Positions 55,110 to 64,000 of a stretch of 64,000 nucleotides of DNA are shown piece by piece. The position numbers and the translations under genes were made by a program. This DNA is from Podarcis tiliguerta (taxonomy: Eukaryota): assembly GCA_965153285.1 (NCBI GenBank), contig OZ229111.1, one strand, 5' to 3'. The stretch's first letter is position 1. Each line of letters starts with the position of its first letter. The notes under the pieces are model-generated. The model did not search any database. It saw only the letters and a program-made list of their open reading frames with translations, and was not told the origin of the DNA.

Positions 55110-56570
55110 GAATCCGGGGTGGAAACCTGGGGACTGCAGGCCAGTTAATTTAATGTCTGCCCTGGGAAAACTGGTAGAAAGTATTATTAAAGTAACCAAG
55201 CACATAGAAGAAGAAGCCTTGTTGAAGCAGAGGCAGCATGGCTTCTGCAAACGCAAGTCCTGTCTCATAAATCTATAAGAATTCTTTGAGAATTTCAGCA
55301 AGCATATAAATAAAGGTGATCTGGATGACATAGTGTGTTTGGACTTTCAAAAAGCTATCATCAAAGACTCCTGAGTAAGTTTAGCAGTCATGGCATCAGA
55401 AGAGAGTTCCACTTCTTGAACAGGAATTAGTTAAGTAGCATAAAGCAGAGAGTAGGAATAAACAGACAGTTCTTCCACTGGAGGGATGTAGAAAGTAGAG
55501 TCCCCCAAGGACCTGTGTTTATTAACCTGGTCATGAACAATCTAGAGGTAGGGGTGAACAGTGAGGTGGCTGATTATATTTAATTGTCCAGAGTAATTAA
55601 AAACAAAAGGAGATCACGAAGACCTCCCAAAAGACCTATACAAATGCAGTGAATGGGTGGTAAAATAGCAGATGTAATTCAGTGAAAACAAGCATAAAGT
55701 GATGAATGTTGGGACAAAAAAACCTTCATTTCTTGTATACGTTCATGGGGTTTGCATCATTAGTGACTCTCCAGGAATGACACCTTGGTCTCATAAGTAT
55801 ATAGCTCAATTAAGATGTCAACCCAGAGTGTAGCAACAGTGAAAATGGCATATTCCATGTTAGGAATCAATAGGAAAGGAAAGGGAAAATGCTAGGGATC
55901 AATAGCAAAGGAAAATAAAACTGCTGGCATCATAACGTCGTTATACAAATCTATGGTGCGACAGCATTTGGAATGCTGTGTACAGTTCTGATCACTTCAC
56001 CTCAAAAAGGATATTGTAAAGTTGGAAAAGGTTCACAGAAAGGCAACCAGAGTAATCAAACTCCCCTATGAGGAAAGGTTGTGGTATTTGGGATTTCTTA
56101 GTTTAGGGGGAAAGCAAGTAAGGGGTGACATGATAGACATTTTATAACATTACAGTATGCATGGCATGGATGCATAATTTATCCTTCTCTCATAACATAA
56201 GAACTCGTGGACATTCAATAAAGCTGAACATTGGAAGATTCAGGACAGGTAAAAGAAAGTGCTGATTCCTGCAGGAGGCAGTGATGGTCACCAACTTGGA
56301 GCATTAAACTATTTAATGGGAAATAAGTCTATAAATGGCTACTAGCCACAATGGAGGCTATGCTCTGCCTTCATGTACCATGGATACAGAGGACGGTCAG
56401 AGGCCTTATGCTTCTGAATACTGGTTGCTGGAAACCACAGGAGGGGAAAGTCTTTTGTGCTCAGATGCCGTTTGCTGATTTCTCACAGGCATCCGATTGG
56501 TCATTGTGAGAACAGGATGATGGATAAGGTGGGCCAGATTGGCCTGATACAGCAGGGCTCTTCTGATGTT
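55110..56570 (+). mobile_element. Degenerate 5'-truncated CR1 LINE in PTGER1 intron 1, antisense to the gene
   Basis: RT motifs RPVNL.S.LGKLVESII, QHGFCKRKSCLINL, VCLDFQKA and VPQG, followed by the CR1 ORF2 end and 3' tail (GGCCTGATACAGCAGGGCTCTTCTGATGTT). Confidence 0.85.
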
Positions 56571-58793
56571 ATATAACAGTCTTAACATGGGGTGTGTCTC
56601 TCTGTGTGTATGTAACTGAAAATGAGTTTATCACCTAGCACAGCACTGAGTTGAACTTACTCATAAGTAAGTATGTTTAGGATTGCACACCAACTGCAGA
56701 CTTCAAGTCTTCGACAGAAGAGCTTTCTCTTTGACTCCCTTCTCACCATTTACATCTAGCTTGAGAAAAAATTACTGGGAACTAGAAAACTTGCTCACTT
56801 TTTGCGATACTTTAGTTGGTTCTAATAAAAGTATTGTGCAGCTGTGGATTTTAGATTTTTTTCTAATAGTTCAACACATGTACCTAACATTTGCATACAG
56901 TCTGAAAGAGAAACATGCTTTTCTTAAGATGGATGAGGCGTAGCGTTATAAAACAATATACTAGTACCAGAAGCAAGTTTCATTATTACGCTATAGCCAT
57001 CATTGCCACTTACAGCAGAGGGGTGTGTGTGTGTTTAAATCAAGAGCTCTCTGTAGTAATCATATGTAGCATAACTGAATCACTCTGCTTTATTTTTGTT
57101 TTATTCCTATTGTCTGGCTCAACTAACCTAGGGCTATATTCAGAACCGGATGATTGAGTGAGTCATAACTTCTAATATACTATAGCTCCCATTTGTCTCT
57201 GTGAATGAGAAACAGCATCCAGAGAGGTACACTTAATGAGCAATTGTTTTGCTTACCCCTCCCTTAACATCCTTTAACTGCCCAGTAGTATTAACAGGAG
57301 GGTAATGTTAGTAAAAGGGAGGTAATATATTAATTCTTTCAATAAACATTTGAGGGGCACAATCACTATCAGGGGGGAAATGAGTTCTATTTATTTACTA
57401 CATTAGAAGTAGTTAATTAATGTGGGGCATAAAATATTAGGGCTGTAAAGTTTGATTAATTGGTTAATCCGTTAGAAGACTATTTCATTGACCAAAAGGC
57501 TGTCCTGGATTAATCAGACAGTGGATGTTGATGGGTCCATATTTAGTCATGATTAGAGTAGACCCCTTGGAATCAAGGGAACTCATATTAGCCACGACTA
57601 AAAAGTTGCACTGTTTTCAATAGGTCGATTCTGAACATGACTGAGTTTGACTCCATCCCACAATATCTAATATAAGTTGATAAGTGTCTTTGTAAAAGAG
57701 GCATTCAACCTTTTTTTTCAGAAGGCTGGTAGAGAAAGGAATGCCCCTTCTAAATTGATGACTGTCATCCAAAGTGTGCACATTATCTGAAAACTGAGGA
57801 TGCATCTTGCTTCAGAAATATTGCTTTTAGCTGTATGCAACTTATGCAAATTTAATCAATCAACTAAGACTCATATAAATAATCATCTATGATCGTGTAC
57901 AGTAGTCGATATGTGGTACCAGGATCCTGGTACCCTTTATCTAATGCAAACACTCTGCTTTGGAACACAGAAGAGAATCCAATAGTCCATTCATTTTCAT
58001 CCCTTCCATGGTGGAGGATGAAGACCTCTTCCACATTTAGACAGGCCCTCTTCAGAGCCAGCTGCCTCCCAAGACGCAGGAGAGTAAGACCACCACCACA
58101 CCCTTTTGCTCCGAAATCAATTAATTATTGAATACTAACTACCAGCATTCACAACTGTCTACAAGGGTTAGGATCCCCACTCCAAGCTCCCATCAGCAAG
58201 CATGTCAAACAGGGGTGAAAATCCCATCCTAAGTCTGACTATAACAGAGCAGTTTAAGCTGTGTTTACCGGGAAATAACAGGCGCTCAGTTACTTTATGT
58301 AGGCGAGCCAAGCTGTATTTGCCTCTGGTGCAAGATCCTTATTCACGATCACGCTATTTTCCTTACCTCAAATAATTTGCCAGCAGCTGGTTGTTACTCC
58401 CATATTCTTGTTACTCCTTACGTCTAAATTTACACACAGAAGAAGTCGATAATACCCCCACACACCCTGGTGCTGTCTGCAGCCGTTCTGGCTGTCAGTG
58501 CAACAGAGTGGTTGCATAGCGCAGCAAATCTGTGTTTAGAGGTGTTGGGAGTGCTACCCCTTAAGAGAGCCCCTTCTCAACACATCGGAGTCCTCCAGAG
58601 ATTCGCTTATCTCAAGTCGGGACACGTGCAGTCCCAGATTTCTCCCCAGCAGCCCTTGATGGTCTTCAACCTGCACACCTTCCCCTTGCCCCGACTCATG
58701 CTGCTCCCTTCCCTCTCCAGCTCTGCGCCCTCTTCCCGTCCCGTCGAAGTTGGCGGGATTAAGTAAGAGCTTGGAGCTGCGCAGCAGACTCAC

Positions 58794-58925
58794 CTTCTTC
58801 AGGGCTGCGCGCTTCCGACGCGTCCGAGTCTCACCTGCGGTTGCGTCCGGCGACGCGGAAGAGCCCGGCGCCGAGGCTGCCCTGAATTCAGTCCGAAGTA
58901 CACTTCATTCGCCTCGCTTTTGCCT
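58794..58925 (-). other. PTGER1: Putative non-coding exon 1 of PTGER1 with two alternative donors (exon ends at 58835 or 58794)
   Basis: Lies in a CpG island ~25-30 nt downstream of a TATAAA; donors CAG|GTGAGA and AAG|GTGAGT. The start site is estimated. Confidence 0.6.
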
Positions 58926-58949
58926 CGCCCTTCCCCGCTCGTGTGCGAG

Positions 58950-58970
58950 TTTATAGGACGGTCACCGCCC
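58950..58970 (-). promoter_or_regulatory. PTGER1 core promoter: GC box plus TATA box
   Basis: Minus-strand GGGCGG (58965-58970) then TATAAA (58950-58955) within a CpG-rich region (~58600-59070). Confidence 0.6.
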
Positions 58971-61479
58971 TCTTCTGCCACTAGGGGACGCTATGAACTA
59001 CTTCTGCTGCTGCTCCTCCTCCTCCGTCGCCTTCCAAAGAAGGATTTGTTCCGCACGAGCCGCCGCAGCAAAACTCTCCTGCATGAAAAAAAAAGTTATG
59101 TTTTGTAGCTCTAGACACAAGTTCACAAATCCTCTATTGCTGATGCAGTATGAGTCTCTCAACGTGATTGGAAAAGTTCGGAGGAGAGGAAGGACTCCGC
59201 TGTTTAAATACTCTTTAATCATCATCATTGTGAATAGAACTTACTGGCACGGGGAGTCATGATTCCTCTTAAGTATTCTTACATGCACATATCACCTACC
59301 AGCACCTGTAGGATGGGGTACCAAAAACTTTCTGCCATGTTTACCCTGGTGCTGACCACACTCACCTGGGACAGTCATCCTGATTTGTGGTCATGATGTT
59401 ATTGGGCCGGTTAGATGTGGTTGCAATTTCAATACCACTTGCACCTACGAAAGTTTCAAGGCAGACATACGGCTTCATTTCTAATGGGTGCCTGTACCGT
59501 AACTTTCTGCAACTTTTTGAGGTGAGTGAGACGGGGTTTGTGCAGCTTGTCCTCCCAGATGGCAATAATGTGGTGACATTGGGGAAGCATCTCAGAACTA
59601 ATAAAGCAGAATTGATGTGTGGGCAGTCCAGTATAAATCCACCACTATTACTGTAGGGGTGACATGCTGCTGAATACTCTCACAAAAAGCACCACCAGTA
59701 TGGAAGGGCCCCAAGACGGGACCATTGTAACGAAACTCAGCACCCCTTCCCCTCCTCTCCAACTCTTCCATAGCTGACCATCTACTCTTCCAGTCAATTA
59801 GCCTTGTATCAGCCAAATCACAGCAACACCCATTGTGACTCTACAATGGCCAGCTTCAAACCAGGCAGTCTGAGCACTTCCTTATATTCAGATGGAATGT
59901 GGTTGTGTGGGCAATGACAGAACAAAGCTGCCTGTCTGGGAACCCTGTCTTGGCACCTGGTGGCTGAAGGACTATCTTGCCTTAACCTAGCAAAGTGTCA
60001 CATTGTTTGGAGCCTAGGGGCTGCAGTACACAAAATTATGTTTTCTACAGAGAAGTTATGGACGTCTCCTGCGATATACATGTTACATGTATTCACAAAC
60101 ATATATGTGTTTGTCCCTGAGCGAACTAGATGCTGGATTCCTGCAAGGTCTGACTTCCATGTAGGAAATCTAGTTCGTGCACAGAGACAACAAGAGGGCC
60201 CACAGCTGGCCCAAGACCATTTGGCACCTGAGGCAAGCCACCAAAGGGTGCTCCTTCCCACTAGGGAAGAAGGGGTGAGTGAAGATCTACACCAGGAACA
60301 AAGGAATAATGAATATCTACATCAGGATCTGCTGCCCCATGGAGCCTGCCACCTGAGAGGGCCCCTGCTGAGGCTTCAATGCCACTTTTTCTTCACTAAG
60401 AAATTATGAAACCCTCAGAGTGTTGAAAGGGGACATTGTGTTCCACGCAGCACTTCTGAGAAGGTTACCCAATGGCTCAGCAGCCTCTAACATGCTGTAT
60501 GGGAAGAGGGTTGAAAAAGGGTGAGTGGGTTTAAAAAGCACACGCCAACAAGTTTAGCCTTTGCTTTCTGAGGGGGGGGGGGGTACTACTAGGTCCCCCA
60601 AGAAAGCAAGAACCACAGAAGAGCCTGTTATCTCATTTCAGCTTGTGCACACACAGAAAGCTGGACTCAGGCTGTGAGATCATGTAAGTGCATTAGAATG
60701 GGCAGAGGGAATCTCTTCGTTCCATCCAGCATATTGTGTGTGGCAGGGACACAGTTAATCTGCGCCACCCAGCAAAAATAATAGATTTAACATCCAGAGT
60801 TCCTCGTAGGAATTGAGATGCAGACAGGAATTAGCTGAATATCACAGCCAGGAATAGACTCTACCCAGCTCTTTGCCCACCAGTGGGAAGTGGTACAGCA
60901 AGACAATAGGCAGATACCACACCCTCATAAGGAAGAAAGGCAGGTGGTGATGGGGACCTTCTTTTTCCATGTGACATCGCCTGGCTAGCTGCCCAACTAT
61001 GAGTTGCATGTGGAGCAGGAGAGGAAGTCTCTAGCAGCCACGATACCCCAGTGTTTTCTGTTTTGCCTTGTTCCTATCGAGTAGTTAAGAGGATTGCGAG
61101 AGCTGGGAGAGAGATCTGATAAGGAGGCAAGGTTAGGGTAAATAAAAACATGAGCATGAGCAGGACAGGAAGGGCCTAGAACAAGTTTCCTGCTCTGGCA
61201 ATGCTCAGTGCTCACCAGAGGAACTTGGCGACCGCTAACCTGGCATTCTCCAAGACGGCGCTGGTGTTGGCATATGGCTCTCTCATCTACTGGCTGAAAC
61301 GCCATGACCTTTCTTTGAAGTGCAGCTTCAAGTGTTTACATATCCCAGAATTTCATATCCCAGAAAAGCAGCAGGTCTGTTGGGGAGGGCGAAGAGATAC
61401 GACAGGGAACGGAAGAGAAAACATTTCCTCCCATCTGCACAGCGTAGCTACTAGACAAATTCATGAAGAGTAAAGTTAT

Positions 61480-61702
61480 TAATGGCTACTAGTTGTGATG
61501 GCTCTGTACTCCCTCCTCCAGTATCAGAGGTTGTATGTCTCTGGATTCCAGCTTCTGGGAAGCAACAGCAGGAGAGGGTGATGGGCACTCACATCCAAAT
61601 TAGGGGCTTCCCAGAGGCATCTGGCTGGCTGCTGTGGGAAAGGGGATGTTGGACTAGAGGGGCCTTTGGCCTGATCCAGCAGGGCTATTTTTATGTTCTT
61701 AC
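61480..61702 (+). mobile_element. CR1 3' UTR fragment
   Basis: Resembles the 3' tail of the CR1 at 55110-56570 (GGCCTGATCCAGCAGGGCTATTTTTATGTTCTTA). Confidence 0.7.
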
Positions 61703-62900
61703 AGTCATGCTCTTAGAACAAAATCCACCTTGTGGGCCTCCCTTCCAAGCTCAAAGCAAAGCTGGTGACAAGGTTTGAGGGATGGGCAGTTGGAATCCAG
61801 AGGAGAAAGGCAATGGGAACACATTGTCAGGGTGGCCAGGACAAGAAGGCTCCTTGCTAGCTTCCTCTACTTAGGAGCATTCAGCACAAACAAAACAAGT
61901 CATGAAATACGTATGTCCAAACCACATTATAGATGGAACACAATGATCCAGCTAGCTCCAAGCCACACTCCTGGTGGAGGGTGTAACTAATGCAGGATAG
62001 CCTTCCTGCTTGGGCGTGGGAAGAGATAGCTATGCTGCTGATCATGGTTTTAAATAAAGAATTGAGTTTTGTCAATTCTAGCTTTGTGCAGGGTTGGGGA
62101 CCTTGCAGCCGTAAATGAAATAAAAACTTGTAATAATAAATCTAAGTAGAGTGACACCCTGATTCAAATCTCACCTCTGCCATTAAGTCACTGCATGGCC
62201 TTTGGAAAATCTCTCTCCGTCTCATGACTTATCCTACAGGGTTGCTGTAAGGATTAAAACAACACGTGAATTTGTATCACTGTATATGTTTGTGCTATAT
62301 CTTCCTTTGCCTACATTTCTTCTTTGCTGCACTTCTTGCTTTGGCTTTTGTTTCCTTGTGGGGCCTAGTTTAAGCTACTATAGTTTTTGTTTACAAATCT
62401 CTTTGTCCTTCCCTTTATCTACATCTTCTTCTCTTTCTGTCTATTTACTCTCACCATCACCTCTGCCCCAGTTTGCTTCCTCTATGTCACACTCTTCTTG
62501 TTCTTTCTCTCTGGCTGCCCCTTTTCTCTGACACTCACTGCCTCCCTCACATCTGCCATTTTCCTTTCTTGTCCTTGTTTACACTACATATGAAAATGCA
62601 CCTCTTCCCTTGAGCCTTTGTCCTTCAGTCTCTGCCTCTCCTTTCCTCTCCCCCGCCATTCCTTTTCTGTTCTTTCACCTGTCCTCAAGGTGTTGACATG
62701 TAGATAATAAGCTTGATAGCAGGCAGAGCCCATTTCTTTCATACTGGGCAGGACCTAGCTTGCTGAAGGACTTTATATACAATAAACATTATTAGTATTA
62801 CATGAAAGGTGTGCCAACTCAGAAGCAGAACCTTTTTTTGAAGACAGAAAAAGAATACTCAGACAGCTGATGGACCTCCTGCCCTTTCCCACCACCTGTC

Positions 62901-63008
62901 CATGGCCATAAAACAATAGAAATACTTAACTAACTGACCAATCACATTGGTTCTGCCCCCCCCAACAAAAGTCCTGCCCTCCCCACAAAAATCCTGGCTA
63001 CGCCCATG
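62901..63008 (-). mobile_element. hAT-type MITE, same family as 31705-31826
   Basis: Ends in ...CCTGGCTACGCCCATG, has a perfect 8-bp TSD CACCTGTC and shares the internal AATAGAAATACTTAACT segment. Confidence 0.75.
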
Positions 63009-63595
63009 CACCTGTCTTTTAATCTTTGCCCATATTCTCACTGGTCTTCTGTCACCCTGGTGTGGTGTTGTGGTCCAATTACTTAGCCATGAAGTTTGCT
63101 AAGTGATGTTGGGCCACAGTACACAGTACTGTTTACTCTGCATCCGGTGTGCTCCCCACCAGGAAGCATGGTACACATTAGCCATAATCCATATCTATCC
63201 CGAAATTACCGGTACTTAGTAAATACTTTGATGCATTTCCCCCCAAACTAGCTTCGATATGAATTGAGATAAAGAATGACTTAGCTGCGTTTTAAGCCCG
63301 TAACGTGTACACAGCCATTGTCTCTCAGCCTAACCTACCTCACAGGTTTTTGCAAGGATAAAACGGGCAGGGGTGAGAACTACGCATGCCACCTTGAGCT
63401 CCTTGGAAAAACAGTGGGGTATGAATGTCGTTATTACTGGGAAGAGAGGGGGTGGGGGAATTGATTAGTGGAGCAATGGGACAGATGGCAGCACCCTCTC
63501 TTGCCCAAGGTTGGAGACCTCCACTTCCAAGTCATGACCAGACAGACCTTATTATAGAGCCACAGGCTCCAGGTAGTATGGGATTCTTGCCTAAG

Positions 63596-64000
63596 TGTTA
63601 TGTACTGAGTTGAATAGGATCCAAACTGCAGCAGTCTGATTGGTCCTAGAACAATGCAGCAGTATGATTGGTCAGCAGGAGCCACCCAATCCAGCTCCAG
63701 ATAGAAGTGAATCCACAACCTGATTGGCCTACAGGAGAATTCCGGAATTAGCCAATCACGTGCAGCCCATTGTGTAAATAATGTATATAAAGCAGATACT
63801 TTGAGGGGACTTTCATTCCCTCCTCACCACTATGAGCTGAATAAAGAGCATGAAATCCACTCTTGACTCTGAGTATATTTCACTGGCGACGAAGGTGGGA
63901 TCCCACTGAGCTGACCGCCACACACAGCACCGCAGCACCGCCACCTGCCACACCGCTGCCTCGCACCGTGTATCCAGGCTTCAGCTCCGGGACCCAAGGA
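63596..64000 (+). mobile_element. Gypsy-type LTR retrotransposon: 5' LTR (63596-63882), PBS (63884-63901) and start of the leader
   Basis: TG...CA LTR with several CCAAT/ATTGG boxes, TATATAAA (63784-63791) and AATAAA (63840-63845). The PBS TGGCGACGAAGGTGGGAT is complementary to a tRNA-Ser(GCT) 3' end (recalled). Confidence 0.85.

Noticed and set aside
59362-59565. Consensus CAG|GTGAGT minus-strand donor at ~59365 as a further upstream PTGER1 exon
   Set aside because: Possible, but there is no promoter or homology support; the TATA/CpG-linked exon at ~58800-58925 is the better candidate.
62290-62690. Pyrimidine-rich tract that reads E/K/R-rich on the minus strand
   Set aside because: Multiple stops and no splice support; treated as low-complexity DNA.

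Overview
Vertebrate genomic DNA, almost certainly a squamate and probably a lacertid lizard, judging by the Sauria SINE, Squam-type SINEs, Bov-B, CR1, L2 and many hAT/Tc1-mariner MITEs. Three genes are supported. (1) On the minus strand, the CpG-island promoter, 7-codon first coding exon (MANESLQ, 20823-20843) and >20 kb first intron of a likely PKN1; the rest of that gene lies left of the window. (2) On the plus strand, a complete, intact 18-exon gene (CDS 33054-49438, 807 aa) for a VCP/p97/Cdc48 AAA+ ATPase. It is only ~87% identical to human VCP by hand alignment to the recalled human sequence, has an extra intron and a different C-terminal tail (DDDLYN), and sits in the PKN1-PTGER1 block. 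It is therefore best read as a second p97 paralog (probable 2R ohnolog with no known mammalian counterpart) rather than canonical VCP. (3) On the minus strand, PTGER1 (prostaglandin E2 receptor EP1, 370 aa, two coding exons plus a TATA-driven non-coding exon 1), converging tail-to-tail on the VCP-like gene. The window ends in the 5' LTR and tRNA-Ser primer-binding site of a Gypsy-type retrotransposon. Most ORFs in the supplied track are spurious. All comparisons with human proteins and gene order are from memory and need confirming by alignment.
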